Assembly (NCBI RefSeq): GCF_001194135.2
Contig: NC_069006.1
Location: forward strand, 12,293,745 to 12,357,744
DNA length: 64,000 nt
Source: Octopus bimaculoides
Lineage: Eukaryota
Direction: 5' to 3'
The notes beneath the pieces are model-generated. The model was not told the DNA's origin and made no database searches. It was given only the letters and a program-made list of their open reading frames with translations. The translations under genes and the position numbers were made by a program. This document shows, piece by piece, positions 9,988 through 22,716 of this stretch (the first letter of the stretch is position 1; each line of letters opens with the position of its first letter).

Positions 9988-11739
9988 ATGTCTTTTACAA
10001 AGAAAAGGAGATGTGACAAGTCATATTTGAGCTTCGGTTTCACTGTGCTTACTGCTGGTAGAGTAGAAAAACCACAGTGTGTTCTGTGCTCTGAGGTATT
10101 GGCAGCTTCTTTGCTGAAGCCCAACGGGCTAAAGAGGCATTTGGAAATGAAACATCCCAGTGCAGTCAACAAAGATAAGGAATTCTTCAGACACCAAGCT
10201 GACAGATTGGTCAAATCCAGGTTTGATGACATGGGAATGTGTATGCAGGACATTGCAGCTAGTCTGAAAGCCTCCTATGAGGTTTCAAGGAAAATTGCTG
10301 CTGCAAAAAGCCTCATAACATTGGAGAGCAGTTAGTTCTTCCTTGCTGCAAAGATATAATCTCACTTGTGCTTGAAACATCCGAACTGCAAAAGCTTAAA
10401 CATGTTTCTCTTTCCAACAACACCATCAGTCGATGAATCACTGAGATATCTGATAATATTTTGTCTTTGGTCATCTCAAAGATAAAATGTTTAACTATGT
10501 CGCCATCAAAATTGATGAAACCACTGATGTGACAGATTTAGCACAACTTTGTGTTTATGTACATTACATGCATAACAAGCACCTGGAAGATGAATTCCTT
10601 TTTTGTGAAACCCTCAACACCCGAACCACTGCAAACGATATATTCCAGAAAGTGGATCAATTCTTTAACACGTATGGCATAAAATGGGAACATGTTGTAG
10701 GCATGTGCACTGACAGTGCTCCAGCAATGCTTGGTTGCCGCTCTGGCTTTCAGACAATGGTGAAGGAGAAGTTTCCTAACACAACTGGTACGCATTGTAC
10801 ACTTCATCACCAAGCATTCATGATTAAAACAATGCCCAACCATATGAGGAATGTTTTGAATGATGTGGTCAAAGCGGTAAACTTTATCAAAGCCAATTCT
10901 CTAAACTCACGTCTTTTTGCTGACTTGTGCAAGGTCAATGGCTCCAATTTTGAAATGCTTTTACTCTACTCACATGTGAGGTGGTTATCCAAGGGGATAG
11001 TAATGAAAAGAGTCTTCGTTCTATGAAAGGAAATACACAAATTTCTTTGTTTTGCTCAAAAAGAACTGCACAGACAATTCTCAAAAACTCGGTTCCTTAT
11101 ATGTCTCTCCTTTTTGGTCGACATTTTTGAATCAGTTAATTCTGTTAACTTAGCACTACAAGGAAAGGACATCACTGTTGTCCACTGTCATGAAAAAATT
11201 ATTGCATTTAAAATGAAGCTCCATTTGTGGCATTTTAAGTTGGCATGTGAGAATTTTGCACCATTTCCAAACCTCAAATCTATCCTTGATGAAGATTGCC
11301 TTTGAATTGATGCCGACATCCTCGACATAATGAAACAGCATGTCTTAATACTTCCCTGACCTACCAAACTTCAAAAAAGTTCATCATTTCATCACCAATC
11401 CCTTTGCAAACTCTGTTGTTGACCTTCTGTCAGAAGATTCAAAAACAGTTCATCAACTTGCTGAATGATGGAGGTGCAAAAAACACCTTCCTTAATGTGT
11501 TGCAGTGAATTCTGGATTAAAATGATGCAGTCCTATCCAGATGTTGCCAAATTGGCCCTCAAATTCATCATTCCATTCGCAACAACATAGGAATATGAGA
11601 TGGCTTTTGCAACTTTACTCACAATTAAAACAGGCTTGCAATAAACTGGACGTTGCGCATGGCATGAGGGTTACATTATCAAAAATGCAGCCTAATATTG
11701 AGGACATGTTACTGACCAAACAAGTTCACCTCTCATTGA
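9988..11739 (+). pseudogene. hAT (Charlie/Buster, ZBED5/ZBED8-like) transposase, disrupted
   Basis: BED-finger-like YLSFGFT...KPQCVLCSEVLA...KPNGLKRHL..KHP; catalytic region AIKIDETTDVTD.AQL, CTDSAPAMLG, HCTLH, LLLYSHVRWLSKG; C-terminal LPFATT. Several stops and frameshifts. Right TIR GTTTGGGAACCA at ~11903-11917. Confidence 0.92.
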
Positions 11740-12718
11740 AGTTTTTTATTTTAGTAAAATTTTATCTCATGAAAAGTTATTTTAGACAAAGTCATTTTGC
11801 TTTGTTCGTCTTCTCTGATTTTTTTCATTTTGGGGCAGAGGTGGGGGTCTGCAAGGCTTCAAAGAAATGGGAGGGGGTCCACAGGATGAAAATTTTGAAA
11901 AAGTTTGGGAACCATGGGTGTAGATAGTGTAGTCTTAGATATATCTGAAAATATTGGTTTTGTGCTGATCTGGGACTAGACAACAGCTGTCTAGTGACTG
12001 ATAAGATAGTGTGGGAGGGTCTAGTTGACAGTGGGCCGTCCTGGGGCTACACAACAACAGCCATCTAGTGACCTATAAAACAAGATAAGGTGGGAGAGTC
12101 TAGTTGGCTGATATGGGGATAAGCAACAATAATAGCCATCAAGTCAAGGTGATAGAGATAAGGCAGGGTTTGTGACCTGTCTGCTTCTGTTTTCCTTCTG
12201 TTAACATGTACTGACCACAGTGATATACACATCACATACAGCATTTGTAAGACATCATTCTATCATTACATTTAATGTCTTACAGAGTTCATAATACCAG
12301 ATGTTGCTGCTGCTCACAGAAATATTATGGTCAGCAGGATTTACATTCTTGTTCACCCAAATAAGCAACATTAAGGGTTAGGGTTAGACACTTCTGAGAT
12401 TCTAAACAAAAAATCTTTGAAGAAACCTGGGAGACATCTAAATCAATTTATTTAACTAACCTCAATGTCTCAATGCTAATTTATTTAATTGATCCCAGAA
12501 AGATGAATGGCAAAGTTGATCATGACAAGATTTGGAAGCATAGCATTTTGCTCAAAAATCTAACAACTCTGCCAATCTACTTCCTCCCAACAATGATTAA
12601 GCATGACAAAATATAGAAAATATAAACATGGTTAGCATTATTTAGACAGTGAAGCAGTTCCCCATGATAGCAGATGATTAAGGATTGTAATAGTTGGGAA
12701 GAAGTGAAAAATACTTAC

Positions 12719-12922
12719 CTATCACATGTTTCATAATAATTTGGTTCTGTTTACGAAGCACTCCAAATGTACCCCACGTGGAGTAACCAGATGGGATTGG
12801 GTGGTTCTTAATCCATCCACCACAAGCATACTGGAAAAAATCCTTACATGGATCCACAGTTTTATCCATGGAGTTTAACACAGTGCTGGCTACAGTTACA
12901 CAGGCTGGTGTCAGGCAGTACT
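12719..12922 (-). CDS. ECE1: ECE-like M13 peptidase, coding exon 2
   Basis: Translates (K)[67 protein letters not shown], carrying the hallmark M13 motif C.....C.......MD..VDPC.DFF.YACGGW. Acceptor ttttaatag|AG, donor G|gtaagt, 204 bp, phase 1-1, in frame with the previous exon. Confidence 0.97.
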
Positions 12923-15900
12923 CTATTAAAATAGACATTTAAGACAATTAAGGAATATTTCATCTTTTGACTTTTCTCTCTCTCTCTCTCTGCAACTGTT
13001 GAAATAGGGACCAATAGTGTGTGTGCGGCTAAGTTCATATTTCCTCTCATCTTGACATGCTTGTGTGTTAATTGTCAACAAAAACATCATTCATACAGGT
13101 GGTGTCATTTGTTTGCAGTCCACTGTGTAAACATGACTGGAGCTCTTGACATGTTGCAAGCTGATTATAATCAAAAGCTTCATTGTTCATACAAATAGTG
13201 TCATTTATTGTTCACTGCAAAAGCATATATCAGTTGTTTGTTGTTCAATAGGCCAGAAACAGGTGAAGGTTGGCAACAAAAAGGGTATCTAACTGTAGAA
13301 AATTCTACCTTGATGTGGACTGGACTGGAAAAAATAGGTGTTGATACGATGGCAGTAGCAGAAGTTTTGACTCAATCAATGAATGGAAGTTGTTTCCACT
13401 ATATTAACCTGTGATTGACCCAATCAAATGTATTTTAATTGGCATAACCTTTTTGTTACCATTGGATAATTTAATGTGTGTGCTGGCAGCACAAAAAAAG
13501 CACCAAGTCTACACTGTAAAGTGGTTGGTGTTTGGAAAGGTATCAAGCAGTAGAAACCATTGCAAAGATACACTTGAATACAATGTAGCCCTAAGGTCTA
13601 TCAGATCTTGTCAAACCATCTAACCTATGCCATCATGGAACATGGACGTTAAATGATGATGTGAAAATTGTTACCAGAATGTATGGATTTGGTTAAGCTT
13701 AGATGATTGAAGAATATCAACGTGAATTCGAACACCTCAAGCAATTAATTTTAAGTCACAGTCAACATAAATTTCACTCTACTCTCAGTATTGCGTAACC
13801 ATGTCAGTAAATGTTCCACTGTTATTCCTTAAGCTACTTGATAACTTTATTTAATAATTATGCTGATACATATCAAGAAAATCAAATCGATTGGATTGGT
13901 TGGAATAATAAAAGTATGTGTACATAAAAAAGGTTCAGAAAGAAGAAAATTATTTTAATTATATAATTTATGTTTTTCATTACATAATCCATGCATGTGT
14001 AAAACAGTAACAGTATGTTACTGTAGGCGATATTAAAATTCCGTAATTTATTACCCTGTGAATTCATTACCTCTGGTTAACAACAGCTGTTGCCCACAAT
14101 TAAGGTATGATCTGGTATCAGCATGCACTTTGCCTTTCACTAATGTCATTCTTTTTTCTTTTCTTTGTTTTAGGTGCCCATGTAGTCACAATCACAAATA
14201 AATACTCTCTCAATACAGTGGAACATCTAAGACATGCCAGTTGGAAGGCAAGAGAAAGGATGAAATTATAGTTGCACTCCATGCAGAGAGCCAGAGCAAA
14301 ATCTAAACAAAGCATTTTGTCTAATGATACTGCTAAACCACCACTATACAAGACTCCACTTAATTGCTTAATTATTTCACACATATACGCATTTCATATA
14401 TCATCATTTTATGTCTGCTTTCCATGCTGGCATGGATAGGATATTTTGATCAGTGAGCTGTAGGGCTGTGTTGATCTCCAGTGTCATCTTTGGCATGGTT
14501 TCTACGTTTGGTTGCCCTTCCAAACACTGGCCAATTTACAGGGTATACTGGGTACTTTTTTTGTGCCACTGGCACTTGTGAGGTTGCCATGTAATTTGCA
14601 AGACAGAAAAGAACGGAAGGAATGGGAGGAAAAATCTCCCACTACTAAGAAGTATTTTGGACAGGTGTATGCAGGTGAATGGTTGTGTGTCAGGTGTCAA
14701 AAGGTTAAAGTATGAAGTATGATAGCATGGGTGCCTTCTATATACAGCTTCATTTTGAGTAAAGGTGGATCCTATGCCTCATATGAAGTCAGTTGTAGCT
14801 GTAAAAAATATGCATTGATAATTCATATATGTAACATGGTATAATTATAAACTGCAAGTTTTAGCCATTTCTCTGCAGACTGAAAAAATGATGAACAACC
14901 CTAATTGATTTTTTGAACCTTATTGTGTTTTGATCAGGTGTCTACACCATACTGACAGTCTCCTGAGAAACAAGCAGCCAAACTGTTTATATACTCAACA
15001 AATGCAGCAGTTACTCTATGAAGGAATCCCTAATTTGCATACAGAAAGTGTTTAACACGCTATAAATACCAGTGGTCTGTCAATGGGTATCTTAGTCCAC
15101 ACAGTATCAAGGTATGGTATAATATATATGTAACATTTGCAGATAAACCTGTACAACTCTATGTGTATGTGAAGGTAAACCTGTAAATCCATTTTGTGCA
15201 AGTAAAGCTATATAACTCTATCTGAAGAAATTTTATCTCCATGATTGTTTCAGATTAATTAAGCATTTCTCTCTGAGTATCATCCACACACACCTTCCCT
15301 CTCTGTCTCCAGGCAGATTGACTTAACTAGTCTTAAGTTGTCATTAACAAGAGAGTTGGAATGAGAAAATAAATAATTATACTGTAATTTACAAATTGAC
15401 GAACTAGAAAACTAGGAGGGGTCGAGGAAGTGAGGATAAAGGAGGTAGTGAGTGTGAGAGGGGGGGGATATCGAAGAAGGCATAAGACAGGGAATAAAAG
15501 AGGAGAGAGAGGGTGTATAGAGAATGTAAAATGAGAAAATGATATAAGAGGTGCAGGTTGTAAGAAAAAGTAGAGTAAGGGTGAAATATACAGTGTATGA
15601 GAAGAGAAAATTATAGAAAGTAAAATGAGAGAGGAAGAAAAGAAGATAAGTTATAATTAAGAGAGCAGGAGAGAGGCTTGGTATTCATCATCATCACCAA
15701 GATGTCCATTGAGGTAAGATTTACACAACTGTGTTTCACTTTGTTATTACATTAACCAGTCTCTCTTTGGTACTCTTGGACCAGTAGCATATATCAACTG
15801 TAATGTCAATGCTTCCATAGGTTGCTATGACAACCATTCTACTTTCTTCTCTTTTAACCACACTCTCTCTCTCTCTCTGCCTTTATCTATCTGATATATA

Positions 15901-17206
15901 TATATATATATANNNNNNNNNNNNNNNNNNNNNNNNNNNNNNNNNNNNNNNNNNNNNNNNNNNNNNNNNNNNNNNNNNNNNNNNNNNNNNNNNNNNNNNN
16001 NNNNNNNNNNNNNNNNNNNNNNNNNNNNNNNNNNNNNNNNNNNNNNNNNNNNNNNNNNNNNNNNNNNNNNNNNNNNNNNNNNNNNNNNNNNNNNNNNNNN
16101 NNNNNNNNNNNNNNNNNNNNNNNNNNNNNNNNNNNNNNNNNNNNNNNNNNNNNNNNNNNNNNNNNNNNNNNNNNNNNNNNNNNNNNNNNNNNNNNNNNNN
16201 NNNNNNNNNNNNNNNNNNNNNNNNNNNNNNNNNNNNNNNNNNNNNNNNNNNNNNNNNNNNNNNNNNNNNNNNNNNNNNNNNNNNNNNNNNNNNNNNNNNN
16301 NNNNNNNNNNNNNNNNNNNNNNNNNNNNNNNNNNNNNNNNNNNNNNNNNNNNNNNNNNNNNNNNNNNNNNNNNNNNNNNNNNNNNNNNNNNNNNNNNNNN
16401 NNNNNNNNNNNNNNNNNNNNNNNNNNNNNNNNNNNNNNNNNNNNNNNNNNNNNNNNTATATATATATATATATATATATGATTAGCATTCAGATTACTCT
16501 GTCAAATGTAATGCTTATTTATTCACAATGTTTTGAATTGATAATGCCCCATCTTGTAGCTCTGAGATTCCAATGATGTGATTGTATGTTTTTGAAATGA
16601 CATTGTAGAGTAGGTGTGAGAAGCTGGATCTGACTAATTTGGGCATAAAAAGGTATAATATTAGGGCCAGGCATAGTCAGTTTAAATGCTAAAGGGTTAT
16701 AGTGCTTCTCAGTATAACTACTTGGTCTACTCAAAGTAGTAGTCCCTCCTCAACAAGTTCACTATTGTCCTTAAAATAGGGACCACAAAAGTGAATGAAA
16801 TAGCTTCTATAGTCACTTGACTGTAATGTGATTAACTCTGGTTGCATCACCTGGGGGAGGTTGTCTGATGTTGAAAGACCAGAAACACCTAATGACTCCA
16901 GAAAACATCACTGATGATGTGTCCAAGTGCATCACAGGATTATGTATAGGAAAACTAACAGTCAAATCTTCCCTCCACAAACTCTCTACTGTCTTTAAAG
17001 ATGTCAGTTGAATAATGTACATCTAATGGATGCAATTGTCATTGTGTCAACATTCATTTTTGCATGCTCGCATGGGTCAGATGGAGTTTACTGAGGTAGA
17101 TTTTCTTTGGTTGGATGCTTTTCCTGGTTCCAACACTCATCTGTTTCCAAGAAAGGTAACATTTCTCTTTGGCTAGACATGATTTTGCAGAACACACACA
17201 CATATA

Positions 17207-17608
17207 TATGGCTGTGTGGTCAAGAAGCTTGCTTCCCAAACATGGTTTATGGGACTGAATCCAAGAGACCATGTGACATCTTAGGCAAGTGTCTTCTACT
17301 ATAACCCCAGATCACCTAAAGCATTGAGAGTGGATTTGGTAGACAGAAACTGAAAGAAGTCATTGTGTGTATGTGTTTGCATGTACTCTTGTCTAGACAT
17401 CATGTGGTAGTTGTAAATAAGCATCATCATCATACAAGTGAGGGTGTTTGTTTCCAGTCTTCTATGATAAACATGTCTGGCTATGGGAAAAAATTACCTT
17501 ACTTGGAAACAGGTGAGCTATTGGTGACAGGATGGGCATCTGGCTGTAGAAAATCTACCTCAACAAATTCTGCCTGACATAGAAAAGTGAATGTTAAATG
17601 ATGATGAC
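17207..17608 (+). mobile_element. tRNA-derived SINE family B (same head as family A, RTE-type tail)
   Basis: Family-A-like head followed by ...gggcatctggctgtagaaaatct...gttaaatgatgatga. Related copies at ~27690-28115, ~34430-34730 (body and tail) and ~39985-40310. Confidence 0.75.
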
Positions 17609-18378
17609 ATATGATGAGCTTCTTTCACATTCCATCTATCAACTCTTTCATAAGGGTTTAGTCAACCTGAGGCTATAGTAGAAGACACTTGCCAAACTAC
17701 CACATAGTAGGACTGAATCCAAAACCATGGGCTTGCAAATTTTTAACCATACCACCATGTCTGTGCCAATAAACAATATAGAATGACACATAGTTGTAAA
17801 ATAGATGGGTATTGTATACGTTATAAAATGGCTATATAATGAATATATAGATGTATAATAGCTGTATGATACATGTGATATACAATGGATGTATAATGAT
17901 GAATAGATTTTTCTATCAGGCTTTCTTTTGTTGCACCTTTTAGTCAAAGAGAAAAGGCCTGTGTATTTGACTCTATATTTTTTTTAAATATCTTTGAAGA
18001 TGATGGAAGTAAGTTATCCCTGAACCAAGGACTTGGCCTGAATATTAGTATTGAATGGATTCCATTTAAAATGAGCCAAAAACCAGGTGATGGAATAAGT
18101 CTGCTACACAACAATTTAGGACCTGAGAAACCAGAATAAATTAGCATACAACATCTTATCTGACAATTTAACAATTCCATCAATAATGTTTAAGTGGAAT
18201 TAGTAAAAGCTATTGGGTGGGTGGGTATGGGGTAAGGAATGAACTCTGGTTTAGTACAATTTCATGAATGTGAATGGTGGTGGTAGTAGCTGCTGGTAGT
18301 GGCAGTAGTTGTGGTGATGGTAGTAGTAGTAGTAGTAGTAGTAGTAACTGTGGTGATGGTGTTGTTGCAACAACTTAC

Positions 18379-18625
18379 TTTGTTCTCCTTCGATTTGGTT
18401 AATCTTGGACTGTTTCACTGTTAGCATGATGGCCAATATGATGACCACAACACTGAGTATGATGGACAGGGTGATCAGAACTCGCTCCAACACCGTCTTA
18501 CGTTGCCATGTGGTGAGACCTCCCTTGAAGAGGACAACACTTGGGTTGAAATCTATAGTCGGTGTTCCACCATTGGACACATCATCATCTTCAAAGTTTG
18601 TCCGTTTATAACGTTGACCCGACAT
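18379..18625 (-). CDS. ECE1: ECE-like M13 peptidase, first coding exon (cytoplasmic tail plus type II transmembrane anchor)
   Basis: Translates MSGQRYKRTNFEDDDVSNGGTPTIDFNPSVVLFKGGLTTWQRKTVLERVLITLSIILSVVVIILAIMLTVKQSKINQIEGEQ. This resembles the ECE-1 N-terminus (MSTYKR, acidic patch, W..RT.VE before the TM helix). Acceptor ttattttccag|ATG, donor CAA A|gtaagt (phase 1), 247 bp. Confidence 0.93.
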
Positions 18626-18840
18626 CTGGAAAATAACAATGATAATGATAATGATTATAGCAATAATAACTCTTTTTTTTTTCTATCACATAACTTGATT
18701 TTGTAAATTAACAAACTGGTGTGTTTATTTTAATGGTCTACCAATGTATGCAGTGAATTTCTTTGCCCTAGGCATTTGGAAGACACTCAGCAAGAAATGG
18801 AAACAAAATTGAAAGAAGAAGAAAAACAATAATAATTCTA

Positions 18841-20255
18841 ATTTTGGCACAAGGCAAGCTATTTTAGAAAGAGGGGACAAGTCAATTACATCAACCCCAG
18901 TACTTGACTGCTATTTTATTTCATCATCCCTAAAAGGATGAAAGGCAAAGTTGACTTCGGCAGGATTTGAACTCAGAACATACTGAGCCAGAAAGAATGC
19001 TGCTTAGTATTTTTTCCAGTGTTAACAATTCTGCCAGATCACTGCTTTAATAATAATAATAATCCTTAGGCACAAGGTCTGAAATTTAGGGGAGGGGAAT
19101 AGTCGATTACATCAACTCCAGTGTTTCTCTGGTACTTAATTTGTCGACCCTGAAAGGATGAAAAGCAAAGTCGACCTTGGCGGAATCTGAACTAAACGCA
19201 ATGATGGGTGAATACCACTAAGCATTTCATCCACCGTGCTAATGATTCTGTCAGCTCACTGCCTTCAATAATAATAATAATAATAATAATAATAGCAATA
19301 ATGATAATAAATTCTGAATCAGTCACAAGGCCAGCAATTTAAGGAGAGAAGGAGTAGGTGATACCATTTTTATCAACCTCCAACAGATGAAAGGCAAGAT
19401 TGACTTTAGTGTCATTTGAAATCTGAACATAAAGAACCAGAAGAAATACAAGGCAGTTTTTTTGACAGTTATGATTTTACCAGCCCAACACCTTTTTATA
19501 ATAATAATTGTTTCAAATTTTGGTACAAGGCCAGCAATTTTAGGGGTAGGTGGTCAGGCAAATACGTCAACCCCAGTGCTTTACTGCTAATTTTATCAAC
19601 TTTGAAAAGATGAAAGACAATGTTGACCTCAGTGGAATTTGAACTCAAGACATGACAATAAATACTGCTAAGCATTTTGTCTGGTGCAGTAACAATTCTA
19701 CCAGCTTGACATCTTAATAGTAATTTCAAATGTTGGCACAAGGCCAGCTTTTTCAGGAGATGGGTAAAGTGAATTACATCCAGCTGGGTGCTTAACTGAT
19801 ATTTATTTTATCAATTCCAAAACAATGGAAGGTAAAGCTAACCTCAACAGAATTTGAACTCAGAACATAAAGGCAGATGAAATGCTGCTAAGCATTTTAT
19901 CCAGCATGCTAATGATTCTACCAGCTCACTTAATGATAGTAACGATGATAATAATAAGGGTTTCAAACTTTGGCACAAATTCAGCAATTTTAGGGAAGGG
20001 CTTAAGTTGACACTGTCAACCCCAGTACTTTATATTTTGTCCAAAGCTCTAACCATTCTGCCAAGGCACAAGACAAGAAATTTGGGAAATGAAGTTAGTC
20101 AAATCAAACCCAGTACTTGACTGGTACTTCATTTTAATCGACACCCTGCCCTAAAGGATGAAAAGCAAAGTTAAAATTGGAAGGATTTGAGCTAATAATA
20201 TAAAAAGTCTCAACAAAAACTGTAATTGTCCACTGCTCTGATAACTTTACCAAGA
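18841..20255 (-). repeat. Head-to-tail array of ~7 tRNA-derived SINE units (~200-240 bp each)
   Basis: Repeating unit ggcacaaggccagcaatttt...catcaaccccagt...gaaaggatgaaaggcaaagtYgac...gaatttgaactcagaac...ctgccagctc, then (AAT)n. The minus strand gives B-box-like GTTCAAATTCC. A solitary relative is at 59935-60155. Confidence 0.85.
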
Positions 20256-22296
20256 AATCTAATGTATAGAAAGAGCTGAAAACAAAGTTTAGAAAATGGG
20301 AGGGAGTGGGGAATTGAACCTGCCATTAGAAGGTTGATGAGATCTGAAGTGAAATACTTAGGTTGATAAACAAATATCAAATCACAATTAAATCTTTTAA
20401 TCTGTTGAGACCTTATTTAACCTTCAACCTGGATGAACATATGGTTGTGTAGTTATGTATTTCTGTTTATCTCTATGTCATTCTGGGTTCAATCTCACTG
20501 TGTGGCAACTGGGGTAAATTGTCTTTTATTTATAGCTTTAGTGTTGACTAATAGATTGAGTGGATTTAGTTGATGGAATTTGTGTGGAAACTTTCATCTG
20601 CAATATATGTACACACACACACGGCTGCATGTGTGAATAGTGTTAACTATCGAAAAAAAAGAGTTCCATAGTAGAGATTACTAATGTATTTTATTTTGTT
20701 GAGTCAGTCTCTTGATACTCTGAGTTTCACCTCTAGTTACACAGATCAGAGTAACAAGAGACTGACTTTGAACTGCATATGTAGTCATTTTAACATACAC
20801 ATCTTTTTCATACTAGCTTAGGTCAGATGAAAATGAAATTTATTGAAGGAGATCTTCTAGGGTTGGTGTCAGGACAAGGAGACATGTATACACACATATG
20901 ATGGGTCCCTTTCAGGTTTTGTCTACCAAATTCATTCACAAGGTTTCGCTTGTCCCAAGACTATAGTAGAAAACACTTGCCCAGGGTGCCATGCAGTGGG
21001 AGTGAACCTGAAATCACATGGTTGGGAAGTAAACTTTTCAACCATACAGCCGAACCTAAAATCTGAAATCCTTGAAGTCAACAATGAAAAACACTCATGC
21101 AATGTTGTTGTTCCTACAGTAATGTAGTATGTAGAGACAGTTAATGTATTGTCTCTTGTTGTTAGATGAGAAATACACATGATTCCATTTCCATAGCTAT
21201 TATTACATGTATCATTCAACTACTGTAGTAGTTGAATAATATTCTTAAGGCCACAATTTACTCACATGCAGCATCTTTCAGACTCCAATGAAGGGTTTGA
21301 GGGGANNNNNNNNNNATGTATGGCCATTCAGAGAAGGCACAATTTTAAGTAATTATATTTTATATTACTTTTAATTTTAAATTTATTAGCAATGAAGTTA
21401 TTCATATGCTTTAATAAATTATGTCATTGTTAATTGAATTAAATTCATTACATAACACAAGTGTTTATTTTTCATATCAATTAGCAACAATCATTATTTT
21501 CATCAACTCAAAATCTACACGACTTAAGGTGAGACTGGTCACTGAAAATTTTGGGGTCTTGCAATTTGTTATCATTTGGTGAGCCATGTTGCAAATTCAA
21601 GATGATGATTATATTGTAATTGTTCCTTGTTACAAAATCAATATTTTTTTGCTTATAAAAATGCATATAATTTATTAATAATTGCAAGAAAATAAATTTG
21701 CTTAAAAAATGACTTTATTTTATTTATATTTTCTTTAAAATTCCAAATTCACTTGATAGAATATAGACATTTCTGGCTGTGTCTCTATGGGCAGTACTGA
21801 AGTCATGTAGTGAGGCTGTTCAGAAAAAGCATTGGTCAAAAGTGCTTTATTTTTTAACTTTAATATTTAATTAATAAAGTTATTTTTAATATGCTATTGC
21901 ACTTAAGTAAGTTTAACTTTTATTATTAATTTTCTCTTTCAGCCTTACTTGCTTTCTGCATTTTTTGCTAATTTCTTTTTAGTTAATTATTTAATCAGGC
22001 TAGTTCATTAATGTGTCATATGCTTCAGATATACACATCTAATTTTATTGAGAAAAGAATATAGTCATTTTTGCTTTGTCTCTATGGGCAGACCTGAAGG
22101 CATGTAGTAAGGCTGTCCAGAAAAGGCATTGTTATGAAGTGATTATATTCTAAACTTATTGTTTAATATCAGAATCAATTTAAAGGGATTTTCATATATC
22201 AATTTTTGTATTATGGGAATGTAGGTAATTTTCACTTGTGTGTATCTGATATACTTTCATAATTACTGTTGTATTGAATCATTATTGATAGATTTA

Positions 22297-22423
22297 CAGG
22301 GTGTCCACAAGGTCTGGGTACATGGAGTAAATAAAATCATAACATGAACAATTAAATATAAGAAATAATAATTTTTTAAAGTATGTGTTAATCCCAATAT
22401 ACCCAGACTTTGTGGACACCCTG
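22297..22423. mobile_element. 127-bp Tc1/mariner-type MITE
   Basis: TA|CAGGGTGTCCACAA...TTGTGGACACCCTG|TA, with terminal inverted repeats and TA flanks. The right end of the paralogous copy is at 3588. Confidence 0.88.
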
Positions 22424-22716
22424 TAGATCAGCAGCAATCATTGCTATTATCACCTACTCAAAATCTAGGTTACTTAAGGTGAGCCTGGTAACTGATGGTT
22501 TTGAGGTCTTGCTGTTTGCAACCGATTAATGAGCCATGGTGCAACCTTCAAGATGGTAAAATTCTCTGCCATTAATTTGGTGTGGATGGGTAATATCAGT
22601 AGCTGTTGCTCTTTCAAAGTTTATCAAATTCAATTTTCAATAAGGTAAAATCTTAAATTGTTAATTGACGCATTATTAATTAGCATAATAGCATAGCCTG
22701 GAAACAACATGGATTA

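Noticed and set aside
9988-11739. Possible domesticated ZBED/Buster gene nested antisense in the ECE intron
   Set aside because: Multiple in-frame stops and frameshifts plus a retained TIR indicate a dead transposon.
12373-12388. TTAGGG telomere-like motif
   Set aside because: Only about two units, most likely a piggyBac-like AAGGGTTA end or chance.
16740-17040. Possible reverse-transcriptase remnant
   Set aside because: There is only a faint resemblance to an xADD-region motif, too degenerate to call by eye.
18251-18378. ORF extension SKLLQQHHHHSYYYYYYYYYHHH... after the TM exon
   Set aside because: It reads through a strong gtaagt donor into a trinucleotide microsatellite. The phase 1 splice to the 12922 exon restores the M13 frame. 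A retained-intron isoform is unsupported.
18841-20255. CRISPR-like or tRNA-gene array
   Set aside because: The units are ~200-240-bp diverged SINEs with no unique spacers, no cas genes and no cloverleaf. The context is eukaryotic.
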